Part shown: piece after piece, positions 53,355-62,109 of the stretch | Layout: each line of letters starts with the position of its first letter | Numbering within the stretch: the stretch's first letter is position 1 | DNA from: Patescibacteria group bacterium | GTDB taxonomy: Bacteria; Patescibacteriota; Microgenomatia; UBA1406 | DNA: 64,000 nt | Assembly (NCBI GenBank): GCA_041665145.1 | Contig: JBAYJK010000002.1 | Location: 40,339-104,338, forward strand | Direction: 5' to 3' | Notes under the pieces: generated by a model | Database searches by the model: none | What the model was told of the DNA's origin: nothing | What the model saw: only the letters and a program-made list of their open reading frames with translations | Translations under genes and position numbers: made by a program

Positions 53355-54509
53355 TCAGTCCATAAGACGACTTAATTTTGGAACTGTCCGATGTGCACGA
53401 TTGACAATCGCTTCTAGTTCTTTAATACTCGTCCCCAGTGACATCAGTCGTAAATCCGTATGTTTCCAATTGCTGTGTCCGAAAGGTAGAAATCTAAATT
53501 CCAGGCCGGCTTCGTCTTTCGGATAGAAGTATATTTGGGCTCTATCCCTCCTTTGCAAATCAGGATCATTACCAAGTGTTGCATCATAAAACTCAACTGG
53601 ATTATTGTAGACAGCCGTGGCTATAATATCTGCCTGTATCCAAGGGGTTGGATTGTACTGTTTCTCTACAGGATCCCAATGGTAGCCGCTTATTACATTA
53701 AACAAGGCATTTCCTAAAAGATACGTTCCTAACGAAGAGTATTCCCACATCCCTACATCATCAAAATCTACGGGTGTCAGATCTTCACGAGAGCGTACCA
53801 TACGTAGATTCTTATTTGCATATGGTCTTACGTATTTTTTGTCGCCGGTTCTCGCCTCCAAAAGCATATTCAGCTGTTGTGTCTGGTCCATGAGAGTTGG
53901 TATTCTGTCAGGTTTTATCCACCCAAGTGCGGAAAATGGCTCAACAAGCGGAGATACCTCGTCTGTTAATGCAGTATTGCGCGCCATTTCATCAAGGGAA
54001 GCAAGAATATCATCTTTCCTGACTTCTACTCCATGTTGATGAAGCCAAACAAAATACGTTTGTTCAAGTAGATGTGCGATTAAGCCAATGGTCAGCAGAT
54101 CCTCAGATAAGTCAGGATTAGAAGTAACATCTATTCGTTCTTCGCTGCGAAATTCGCCAAGACCATCCCGTTGCAGTTGTCCTCGAGTCATCATAGGAGC
54201 TGCGTTATGTATTGCCCTTCCAAGTCGGACTGTCCATACTGGATCCTTCTGCATTTCCTGAATTGATGGTAAACGATTAATTCGAGCTCGTTTTAGAAGA
54301 TTCAGAAGCTGTCTCGCATGTGGAGCAAGAATAAGTCTTACATCATTATTTACAAGAGCCGTGTTTAACATGTCGACTAACTGAGCATATTGCTCAACTC
54401 TTCCATTAACTGTCTCTAAATTCTCACGTGCATGCCAAGTGACACGAAAATTGTTTTTCAAATCCAATGTCTGATTTGCAACATGTAGAATAAGTCTCTC
54501 TTCTATCAT
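53355..54509 (-). CDS. hypothetical protein, translationally coupled to the TrmB regulator
   Basis: 384 aa with no motif. The start overlaps the trmB-like stop by 4 nt. Confidence 0.5.
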   Translation of the reverse strand: MIEERLILHVANQTLDLKNNFRVTWHARENLETVNGRVEQYAQLVDMLNTALVNNDVRLILAPHARQLLNLLKRARINRLPSIQEMQKDPVWTVRLGRAIHNAAPMMTRGQLQRDGLGEFRSEERIDVTSNPDLSEDLLTIGLIAHLLEQTYFVWLHQHGVEVRKDDILASLDEMARNTALTDEVSPLVEPFSALGWIKPDRIPTLMDQTQQLNMLLEARTGDKKYVRPYANKNLRMVRSREDLTPVDFDDVGMWEYSSLGTYLLGNALFNVISGYHWDPVEKQYNPTPWIQADIIATAVYNNPVEFYDATLGNDPDLQRRDRAQIYFYPKDEAGLEFRFLPFGHSNWKHTDLRLMSLGTSIKELEAIVNRAHRTVPKLSRLMD

Positions 54510-55297
54510 GACTGTGTAGTGTAACTTTCAGCACGGTTCCATATAAAATCAAACATCATCTTCATTGACTGTGCGACAAACTTATCATTAATGGTTACGA
54601 CGATATAATCCTTTTCCTTATCAAAGCTGATAATGGTCACAAGGTCTCCTGCAATACGCAGTCCGTCAAAATCTTTTTTCATGTCTTCCGGCATAAGACG
54701 GATTTCTTTCAAAAGACTTTTGTCCGTTTTCATAATAGGTGCAAAGTGATCTTTTCCGGCAAAGTCGACAATCTGTTGAATTGCAACTCCTGCCTTAATT
54801 CTTTGTTGGGCAAACTTATTTACGAAATCCCGGTGATCCTGTCGTTCGAAGTACGGAAAATCAAGACGGTATTTCTCTTTAATAAGCTTGTCCCCTTTTT
54901 TGGCGGATTCTAGTGTCCGAAGCATTGACTGCTGAACAGCGGCGAGACCTGTTTCTACCAATATGTACGTATCTCTTCCCTCAGTTGCCTGCTTCTTTAA
55001 ATTCTTTATATATTCTTTAAGCTGTTCCTGTTGCAATGATAGCTGGCGTTGCTTACCTTCAAGAATAGCGTTTAGTGCTTCGGGGTTGGTGGCTGTGTAG
55101 GTAGTTCCCCGCTTCTTAAAATTAGAGATTAAGAGATCTTTCTTGATGAGTGTTTCAACTGCGCGATAGGTAGAAGACTTGTCCATGCGAAGTTGACGTG
55201 AAATGGTTGCGGCCATTGTCTCCCCTTTTTTCAAAAATGCAAGATACACACGTGCTTCATTTTCCGTAAGTCCGAGTTCTTTTAGTACTTTTTCCAT
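54506..55297 (-). CDS. TrmB-family transcriptional regulator
   Basis: LGLTENEARVYLAFLKKGETMAATISRQLRMDKSSTYRAVETLIKKDLL (winged HTH), plus a C-terminal TrmB-like domain. Confidence 0.8.
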   Translation of the reverse strand: MEKVLKELGLTENEARVYLAFLKKGETMAATISRQLRMDKSSTYRAVETLIKKDLLISNFKKRGTTYTATNPEALNAILEGKQRQLSLQQEQLKEYIKNLKKQATEGRDTYILVETGLAAVQQSMLRTLESAKKGDKLIKEKYRLDFPYFERQDHRDFVNKFAQQRIKAGVAIQQIVDFAGKDHFAPIMKTDKSLLKEIRLMPEDMKKDFDGLRIAGDLVTIISFDKEKDYIVVTINDKFVAQSMKMMFDFIWNRAESYTTQS

Positions 55298-55513
55298 GTT
55301 AGTTGCAGGTATTTAGACTAATAACAATGCCTATAATATATCATTTCGAGCTTATCTTGTCAATACTATAAGATGTTGGTAGTGGCATGTGCAACTAACA
55401 TATCAGTCTATTAATAAAGTGTGGGTAGGAAAACCTGGCAAAAAAAGAAAAAAGGGACTTGCCACCCTTCACTACAAGCAAAGCGAAGTCGGGAAACCGG
55501 AAAGATTGAAATG

Positions 55514-55551
55514 TCCCCCTTCGTCTCGCCATTAGGCGGACTTCGGAGGGA
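55514..55551 (-). repeat. 38-nt GC-rich hairpin element, family A, copy 2 (5 nt downstream of tRNA-Pro)
   Basis: tcccccttcgtctcgccattaggcggacttcggaggga. Confidence 0.8.
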
Positions 55552-55556
55552 CGCGG

Positions 55557-55630
55557 TCGGAGTGGGCGGACTTGAACCGCCGACCTCTACGTCCCGAACG
55601 TAGCGTTCTAGCCATCTGAACTACACTCCG
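55557..55630 (-). tRNA. tRNA-Pro (anticodon CGG), CCA not encoded
   Basis: cggagtg-ta-gttcagatggctagaac-g-ctacg-ttCGGga-cgtag-aggtc-ggcgg-ttcaagt-ccgcc-cactccg-a. Confidence 0.9.
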
Positions 55631-55750
55631 AAAATTAAGTTGTAAGGCGTAAGTTGCAAGTTGTAATCAAGCTGTAACTGATTAAGTTGTATATGATTAC
55701 AACTTTCAGCTTTGTACTTTATTACAACTTATACCTTACAGCTTCAGACT
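55631..55750. repeat. TTACAAC/AAGTTGTAA-type word-repeat palindromic array
   Basis: taagttgtaaggcgtaagttgcaagttgtaatcaagctgtaactg ... attacaacttataccttacagctt. Confidence 0.8.
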
Positions 55751-55769
55751 TTATTATATAATATCCGTT

Positions 55770-56738
55770 ATGAAATTGTTGATAACAGGTGGCGCGGGTT
55801 TTATCGGAGTTAACACTGCGCTTCACTTTCTCAACCGCGCTTCAAGCATTACAATTTTTGATAACTTCTTCAGACCGACTTCATCCGTCAATGCGCAATT
55901 TCTGAAAAAGAAGTCATCCAAAATCAAAATCGTCGAGGGCGATGTCCGGGACGAAAAAAAGATCGCCGATGAAGTCAAGCAGGCAGACGCAATTATTCAC
56001 CTTGCAGGTCAGGTAGCCGTTACAACTTCGCTCACCGATCCCGCAACTGATTTTTCCATTAACGTACTCGGCTCATTCAATGTACTTGAGAGTGCACGAA
56101 AATATAATCCGCATGCTACTCTTCTCTACAGTTCTACAAACAAGGTGTATGGTGACCTTTCCAAAGTTGACATCGACAAGCATACCGGGATTGACGAAAA
56201 CACACCGATAGATTTATATAGCCCCTACGGCTGTTCAAAAGGTTCTGCCGATCTTTATTTTTTGGATTACGCGCGTTCGTTCGGAATGAACACGATAGTT
56301 TTCAGACAATCCTGTATTTACGGGCCACACCAATATGGTGTCGAAGACCAAGGTTGGCTGGCTTTTTTTGCTTTGCAATTTTTACGGCATAAACCGATAA
56401 CCGTTTATGGTACCGGCGAACAAGTGCGGGATCTCCTGTTTGTCGAGGATCTGGCGGAAGGCTACGAAAAAGCCCTACAACAAGGACCAAAAATTGCAGG
56501 TCAGGTTTTTAATTTCGGCGGCGGGCCTCAAAATTCTGTGAGTATTAATGAAGCGATTAATCATCTTGCTCAGATTTTCGGGTACACCGTCCCGCTTACT
56601 TACGACAAAAAACGCCTTGGAGATCAGGACTATTTTGTTGCAGACACCCGGAAAGCTGAACGTACATTAGGATGGAAAGCAAAAACCGGTTATCAGTCCG
56701 GTCTGAAGACCATGATTGATTGGTGCAAACAACATTGA
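55770..56738 (+). CDS. NAD-dependent sugar epimerase/dehydratase (SDR family)
   Basis: LITGGAGFIGVN, YSPYGCSKG (YxxxK). Confidence 0.85.
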   Translation: MKLLITGGAGFIGVNTALHFLNRASSITIFDNFFRPTSSVNAQFLKKKSSKIKIVEGDVRDEKKIADEVKQADAIIHLAGQVAVTTSLTDPATDFSINVLGSFNVLESARKYNPHATLLYSSTNKVYGDLSKVDIDKHTGIDENTPIDLYSPYGCSKGSADLYFLDYARSFGMNTIVFRQSCIYGPHQYGVEDQGWLAFFALQFLRHKPITVYGTGEQVRDLLFVEDLAEGYEKALQQGPKIAGQVFNFGGGPQNSVSINEAINHLAQIFGYTVPLTYDKKRLGDQDYFVADTRKAERTLGWKAKTGYQSGLKTMIDWCKQH

Positions 56739-56762
56739 GTATTGAAAATTGAGAACTGAAAA

Positions 56763-57896
56763 TTGAAAATTCTATTCACCTCCACCTATTTTCACCCATA
56801 TCTTTCTGGTCTTACCGACTATCCGCTGAAAATCGGCACGTATCTTTCAAAAAACCACGAGGTGTCTGTATTGACTTTTAAACACACCACTTCCCTCCCA
56901 ACAAACGAGCAATATAGCAATTTAGCAATTGCGCGTTGTACTCCCCATTTTCGTATCTCAAAGGGTTTAATTAACATTTTCTACCCTCTCATTTCCTTTC
57001 TTCATGTTCTAAAAAATGACGTCGTATTCGTAAACCTCCCGCAATTTGAGGGCTTCTTCCCTGCGTTCTGGGGAAAAATCATGGGTAAGAAAACGTATGC
57101 TATTTATCATTGTGAACTGTTTTTTGAAAAAGGGGTTCTGTCGAAACTGATAGAATACGTGGCAAATTTTTCCGCATATCTCACCTGTATGTTGGCGACA
57201 AAAGTAATTGCGTACACAGAAGATTATGCGACCAACAGCCCCATTTTGAGGCATTTTCTACACAAGGTTATATATACGCTCCCCCCTGTCGAGCGAATTT
57301 CTCCTGATCCCGCTTACTCCAAACTGTTAACTAATAACTATAAACTATCCACTCCAATAATCGGTTTCTCGGGTCGTGTTTCAAAAGAAAAAGGGATTAC
57401 ATACCTTCTTGAAGCACTTGCGTTACTCCAAGAGAAGTATCCTTCGATTACGTTGTTATGTATTGGGCCGTTCGGTAAAGATGTCGTCGGTGAGGAACCG
57501 TATTTTGAAGAGTTACAGCATCAAATTCAAAGAAAGAAGCTTACCGTGCGGTTTCTGGGATCACGCACACACGAAGAACTCGCCTCTTTTTATAAAGCGG
57601 TTGACGTTATTGTACTGCCGTCCACAAACAAAACCGAAGCCTTTGGAATGGTGCAAGTTGAAGCTTTGCTCGCCGGAACACCCGTAGTTGCATCGGATCT
57701 GCCGGGGGTGCGCGTACCGATCAAACTATCCGGAATGGGGCTCATATGTAAACTAAAAGATGTCCGCGATCTTGCAACCACAATGGAGACGGTCATAGAA
57801 AACAGAAAAAAATATATTCAATTACCTAAAAAAATTGCTACAATCTTTGACATCAAAAAAACTTATCAATTTTACGATCAACTATTGTCTTCGTGA
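56763..57896 (+). CDS. glycosyltransferase family 4 (TTG start)
   Basis: MKILFTSTYFHPY..., C-terminal EAFGMVQVEALLAGTPVVASD (E-x7-E region). Confidence 0.8.
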   Translation: MKILFTSTYFHPYLSGLTDYPLKIGTYLSKNHEVSVLTFKHTTSLPTNEQYSNLAIARCTPHFRISKGLINIFYPLISFLHVLKNDVVFVNLPQFEGFFPAFWGKIMGKKTYAIYHCELFFEKGVLSKLIEYVANFSAYLTCMLATKVIAYTEDYATNSPILRHFLHKVIYTLPPVERISPDPAYSKLLTNNYKLSTPIIGFSGRVSKEKGITYLLEALALLQEKYPSITLLCIGPFGKDVVGEEPYFEELQHQIQRKKLTVRFLGSRTHEELASFYKAVDVIVLPSTNKTEAFGMVQVEALLAGTPVVASDLPGVRVPIKLSGMGLICKLKDVRDLATTMETVIENRKKYIQLPKKIATIFDIKKTYQFYDQLLSS

Positions 57897-57935
57897 CAAT
57901 TTAGCCATATAGCAATTTAACAAATAAGCATTATT

Positions 57936-58718
57936 ATGAACCCGTCAGTCTTTAAATACTTTTTGAGATACCGTCCACTTTTTCTCGCACTGATTCGCTC
58001 CCGCGAAATCGAGCTTTACCAACAAAACATGACACTATCAAAAAAAGTGCTTGATTTCGGAAGCGGTGACGGATTCTTTCTGGACACGTTACAGAGATTC
58101 TACCCAAAAGTTTTTAAAAATGCCCACATTGTCGGAATTGATGTTAACAAGACGTCTCTGGAAGAATCGCGCACATATGACTTGTATGACCAATTAGTCT
58201 CATATGATGGGAAAAAATTGCCTTTTGCGTCTCAATCTTTCGATACCGTATTCAGCAACTGTGTATTCGAGCATCTTCCGGATTTGGCATTGAATCTGAA
58301 AGAAATGCACCGGGTCCTCAAACCGGGCGGCAAGCTTTATACAACTGTTATGGCAAAACCGTGGGATTGGTACGTTGTTTTACCTGCGTCATTCTGGCGC
58401 AAGAAACAGGTACACATTAATTTATTATCGCAGACCGGGTGGGAACAGGCATTTGCACATGCCGGTTTCAAGGTAAAAAAATCGGTCGGGTACTTGTCAA
58501 AGCAACAATCCCGCATTATTGAACTAGCACATTTTCTATCGATCCCTTATCTGCTCTCGTATATACTGACTAAAAAGTGGTCCTTAGTCGGTCCGCTTTT
58601 CACAAAAATTGTGCCGGTGGAAAAACTGCAGCAAATGTTCGCGGAAAATGTTAAGGTCAAAAAAGCAGCCGCACTATACTTTACTCTTGAGAAGCCTCGA
58701 TCGTCGCCGCCACGATAA
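57936..58718 (+). CDS. class I SAM-dependent methyltransferase
   Basis: VLDFGSGDGFF (motif I), FDTVFSNCVFEHL, LKPGGKLY. Confidence 0.8.
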   Translation: MNPSVFKYFLRYRPLFLALIRSREIELYQQNMTLSKKVLDFGSGDGFFLDTLQRFYPKVFKNAHIVGIDVNKTSLEESRTYDLYDQLVSYDGKKLPFASQSFDTVFSNCVFEHLPDLALNLKEMHRVLKPGGKLYTTVMAKPWDWYVVLPASFWRKKQVHINLLSQTGWEQAFAHAGFKVKKSVGYLSKQQSRIIELAHFLSIPYLLSYILTKKWSLVGPLFTKIVPVEKLQQMFAENVKVKKAAALYFTLEKPRSSPPR

Positions 58719-59751
58719 GTAACGGAAGACTGTCGATCGGCGCATATTTTAGTTGCTGATACGCTTCAAGAAGCAACTTCATCTGATGAGTAATCTCGCC
58801 TAACTTATATATACTTATCTCTTGGGCACCATTCGATTCTGAATTCTCCAGTGATACACCCTTTTTAACCAATAAGCCATCATGTAGTAATTTGAGGAGT
58901 TCCGACAGTAGCCATTCAGAAGAACCGCCTGACCTATCAAAAGCATATATCCATGAAATCGCAGCCGAGCTGTCGTGTTTCAGCAATAAATGAAGAAGCT
59001 CGATTGGTTTTTTTTCGCTATTATTTGACAAAGCAAGACGAACTTTTTCCAAGGATAAATCCGTCATACGGACAACAAGCTCTAAAAGCTTTGCTCCATC
59101 CCGAAATGACCCGCCAGCCTTATCGGCAATAAGTTCAAGTACCGGACGCTTAAGAACGAGTTTCTCTCCCACCACCACTCGTTCAAGCGAGTGCACAAGC
59201 TCGTCCGGCGTTGCTTTGTTAAAAACAACATTGATGCAGCGTGAAACGACCGTTTCCGGAAGTTTATTTGGTTCTGTTGTTGCCAGAATAAATACAACAA
59301 AAGCCGGCGGTTCTTCAAGCGTTTTCAGCAATGCATTGAAGGCCTCCTTGGTAAGCATGTGAACCTCGTCGATTATGTACACCTTAAACTTCCCTTTGAC
59401 CGGAGAGTACCCCACTCCGTCTCTCAAAGCACGGATATCATCTATTCCCCGATTTGATGCGGCGTCCAATTCGTTAACGTCAAAAAAACGGTTTTTGGCA
59501 AAATCCATACAATTATCACAGACTCCACAGGGCTCCGGACTTGTACCCTTGCCCCCAAACATATTATTCTGACAATTCAGCAGTTTAGCAATGATCCGAG
59601 CAGTTGAAGTCTTTCCCGTTCCTTTCGGGCCAACCAGTAGGAAAGCGTGTGGAATGTCGTTTTTTTTAGAAAAAACGTCAAGAAGCAGCTGGCGACGTTC
59701 TTTATGATCGATATCGGCTATTTTTTGCGGGCGGTATTTTAGATAGTACAT
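58681..59751 (-). CDS. dnaX: DNA polymerase III gamma/tau subunit (short form)
   Basis: YRPQKIADI, GPKGTGKTS, CGVCDNC, IIDEVHMLT, LKTLEEPP, VSRC. Confidence 0.9.
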   Translation of the reverse strand: MYYLKYRPQKIADIDHKERRQLLLDVFSKKNDIPHAFLLVGPKGTGKTSTARIIAKLLNCQNNMFGGKGTSPEPCGVCDNCMDFAKNRFFDVNELDAASNRGIDDIRALRDGVGYSPVKGKFKVYIIDEVHMLTKEAFNALLKTLEEPPAFVVFILATTEPNKLPETVVSRCINVVFNKATPDELVHSLERVVVGEKLVLKRPVLELIADKAGGSFRDGAKLLELVVRMTDLSLEKVRLALSNNSEKKPIELLHLLLKHDSSAAISWIYAFDRSGGSSEWLLSELLKLLHDGLLVKKGVSLENSESNGAQEISIYKLGEITHQMKLLLEAYQQLKYAPIDSLPLLIVAATIEASQE

Positions 59752-59754
59752 GTT

Positions 59755-59880
59755 AGATGGTTAGTTTTCAGTTCTTAATTCTCAGTTTTTAAAGAGTTCT
59801 CAATTCTTAAGTACTAAACAGCAATTGTTTGAGAACCAATACTTAAGAACTCTTTGAGAACTGCGAACTGAGAACTAAGA
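59755..59880. repeat. GAGAACT/AGTTCTTAAG-type word-repeat palindromic array
   Basis: tagttttcagttcttaattctcag...cttaagaactctttgagaactgcgaactgagaactaagaacta. The end is shared with 63970-64000. Confidence 0.8.
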
Positions 59881-60267
59881 ACTATGTTTAACAAACTCCT
59901 GCGCCAAAATATTTATCGCATGATCCAGAAATTGCATGATGACTTTATTGATTTCTTTATCCTGCTCTGCAGCGTACAGTGTGACTTGCGGGTAGCACAC
60001 CACAATCTCTCCGAGCAATACACCTTCATTGTCACTTTGCGGAAACGTTTGTTCGTGGGCAATATACGGAAACGTCAAAACCGGATGTTCCTGGTCTTCT
60101 TTAAGATATTCCTTTGCGAGAGCCCGCGCTTTACGACTCCCCACAAAAACAATACTCAAAACACCGCTCGGCAGTTCGCGGTTTGTCCATAAATCAGACA
60201 CATACCGACGAACCATCTTCCGGTCGACGCGGTATCGAGAATCACTCGAGCAATATATTGTCAGCAT
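59875..60267 (-). CDS. YbeY-like rRNA maturation factor homolog lacking the H-x3-H-x5-H zinc motif
   Basis: 130 aa. LSIVFVGSRKARALAKEYLKEDQEHPVLTFPY and LGEIVVCYPQV follow the YbeY pattern, but the expected HGxLHLxGxDH region reads FLDHAINILAQ. Confidence 0.45.
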   Translation of the reverse strand: MLTIYCSSDSRYRVDRKMVRRYVSDLWTNRELPSGVLSIVFVGSRKARALAKEYLKEDQEHPVLTFPYIAHEQTFPQSDNEGVLLGEIVVCYPQVTLYAAEQDKEINKVIMQFLDHAINILAQEFVKHSS

Positions 60268-60275
60268 ATGATTAA

Positions 60276-60461
60276 TTAGTCATGGTGACTACGTCTTCGT
60301 TTCGCAAGCTCCTTGGATTGCTCTTTTTTTATCAATGAAGGACTTTTATAGAACATACGATCACGCACCTCTTCTACAATACCCTCCTCCAAAACCAATT
60401 TGGTAAATTTACGGAAGCTTGAATCTTTGCTTTGGCCTTTTGCGATTTTTACTGAAACCAT
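60276..60461 (-). CDS. rpsU: 30S ribosomal protein S21
   Basis: MVSVKIAKGQSKDSSFRKFTKLVLEEGIVEEVRDRMFYKSPS...KRRR. GGAG lies about 11 nt upstream. Confidence 0.85.
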   Translation of the reverse strand: MVSVKIAKGQSKDSSFRKFTKLVLEEGIVEEVRDRMFYKSPSLIKKEQSKELAKRRRSHHD

Positions 60462-60499
60462 TAACAGACATCTCCAAACTAAAAAAATAATTGTTAAAT

Positions 60500-60580
60500 T
60501 GTTGAATTGTCATATTGCTAAATCTAGTCACTGATAACCAGCACAATATAGCAATTTAACAATTTAGCAAGAACATCCAT
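60500..60580. repeat. TAGCAAT/TTGCTAA-type word-repeat palindromic array
   Basis: ttgttaaattgttgaattgtcatattgctaaat ... atatagcaatttaacaatttagcaa. Related words occur at 3075-3100, 17340-17375, 43590-43620, 48670-48712 and 57897-57925. Confidence 0.75.
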
Positions 60581-60601
60581 CTCAAGACGCTATCTACCAT
60601 T

Positions 60602-61441
60602 TTACAATTTCTCTTTCACAACCGCAACAACTTCGTCGAGTGTGAGCTTGGTTGGCTCAATGTGTGGAGTATGAGAAGAACCGTTCAGAACCATTTTCCC
60701 CGATTTGTGATAAAACCATTTTTCGACACTATCTTTTGCTATCAGGGCCTCATAAACCGGCCTCAGTTCGATTGTAAGACCCGGACGTGCCTTAATACGG
60801 ACCCTCCCGTCAATTGGGTCACGACGTACAACAATCGCATAACCGATTTTTTGAGCAATATGAACGGAAACTTCATTATGAGTTTCTATCGCTAGACATT
60901 TGAATGTACCGACCTTAAATTCTTCTCCCTTTTTAAGCTCTTTCTCAGCCTGAACCTTCTGAAAAAGTTCTTTGAAATACGATTCAAGCATGGCGCATGC
61001 AAAATCAAAAACTGTTCTGTCTTCTTTTTCCAGATGTTTATAGCCCTCTAACAACTCGTGAATCATACAATCATAGTAATCTGCATTCGGGTTCGTAAAG
61101 TTTACTTCCTCGAAATTATCAAATAACGTAACTACTTCAACCAAACGTTCCAATGCTTCCCGTTCAGCGCCACGCACCAGCTTTTTCTCTTCAAGGTACT
61201 CAAATACACGCCTCGCGGCACTTGAGCGCTCACGTAAGTGATGATGATCAAATTTACCGAACCCCGTATCCGTGTGCAGTATATTTGGGTCTGTATCCGC
61301 AGGACCGCCGTCTATAGTTTTGCCCGAAGGGACAAATATAAGTTCAGCATTTCCCCAGTCTGGCATATATTTACGTATCAGCCACGGGGCTGCACAAGCG
61401 TCAAGATCGGGTCGAATGTGGGTGACAATTGTTTTGGACAT
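60602..61441 (-). CDS. DHH-family-like metal-dependent phosphoesterase (tentative)
   Basis: VTHIRPDLDACAAPWL and GKFDHHH resemble DHH motifs I and III. TGcTATAAT lies 8 nt before the ATG. Confidence 0.45.
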   Translation of the reverse strand: MSKTIVTHIRPDLDACAAPWLIRKYMPDWGNAELIFVPSGKTIDGGPADTDPNILHTDTGFGKFDHHHLRERSSAARRVFEYLEEKKLVRGAEREALERLVEVVTLFDNFEEVNFTNPNADYYDCMIHELLEGYKHLEKEDRTVFDFACAMLESYFKELFQKVQAEKELKKGEEFKVGTFKCLAIETHNEVSVHIAQKIGYAIVVRRDPIDGRVRIKARPGLTIELRPVYEALIAKDSVEKWFYHKSGKMVLNGSSHTPHIEPTKLTLDEVVAVVKEKL

Positions 61442-61470
61442 ATAGTATGATTATAGCAGAAAATACGTAG

Positions 61471-61490
61471 GGGCGATTTTTAAATCGCCC
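61471..61490. promoter_or_regulatory. 20-bp perfect palindrome in a divergent promoter region (candidate operator)
   Basis: gggcgattt-tt-aaatcgccc. It overlaps the predicted -35 positions of both divergent -10 boxes (61450-61455 on the minus strand, 61493-61498 on the plus strand). Confidence 0.4.
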
Positions 61491-61506
61491 GTTATAACAA
61501 TAAAAA

Positions 61507-62049
61507 ATGATTGTTTATCTGGTGGTCGCAGTGGTTGTTTTATTTGTCGTAGTTAACTTCTTGCTTGCTTTGAGCAGTAAGTTTTCTCCTATACCATACT
61601 TCCCGACTCAATCCACCGACATGGGGCTCATTCTTAAGGCGCTTGGGCTTAAAAAAGCCGATACGTTGTATGACCTTGGTGCTGGAGATGGGAAAATAAT
61701 TCTGGCTGCTGTTCAAGATAGCCCTTGCACGGTAAAAGGAGTCGAAATACACCCACTTCTCATAGCCATCATGCATATCCGTAGACTCTTAAGTCCACAA
61801 CGGGAACAGATCCATATTATCTGGAGAAGCCTGTTTCGCCTTAATATTTCTGACGCAACAGTAATTTACCTTTATGTTGGCCCGTTTTTTATGAAGCAAA
61901 TTATGGATAAAATACGCAAGGATCGACCCCCCCATTTACGTCGGATAGTTTCTTATTGGTACGACTTTCAACTGGAGAAACCATTCGAGTGGCTACCCAA
62001 ACGAAGAAAGATACAAGGTAAGAACGCTATTCACATCCTGGAAAAATAG
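61507..62049 (+). CDS. membrane-anchored class I SAM-dependent methyltransferase
   Basis: N-terminal TM, LYDLGAGDGKIILAA (motif I). Confidence 0.7.
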   Translation: MIVYLVVAVVVLFVVVNFLLALSSKFSPIPYFPTQSTDMGLILKALGLKKADTLYDLGAGDGKIILAAVQDSPCTVKGVEIHPLLIAIMHIRRLLSPQREQIHIIWRSLFRLNISDATVIYLYVGPFFMKQIMDKIRKDRPPHLRRIVSYWYDFQLEKPFEWLPKRRKIQGKNAIHILEK

Positions 62050-62109
62050 TCACCCTTGTACACTATAATTATACAGAATGCATTTTACGATTATTCTTTT
62101 TATAGGATA

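Noticed and set aside
58681-58718. 38-nt convergent overlap of the methyltransferase and dnaX 3' ends, as a sign of a frameshift or misassembly
   Set aside because: Both ORFs are full-length with intact family motifs to their ends. Short convergent overlaps are common in compact genomes.
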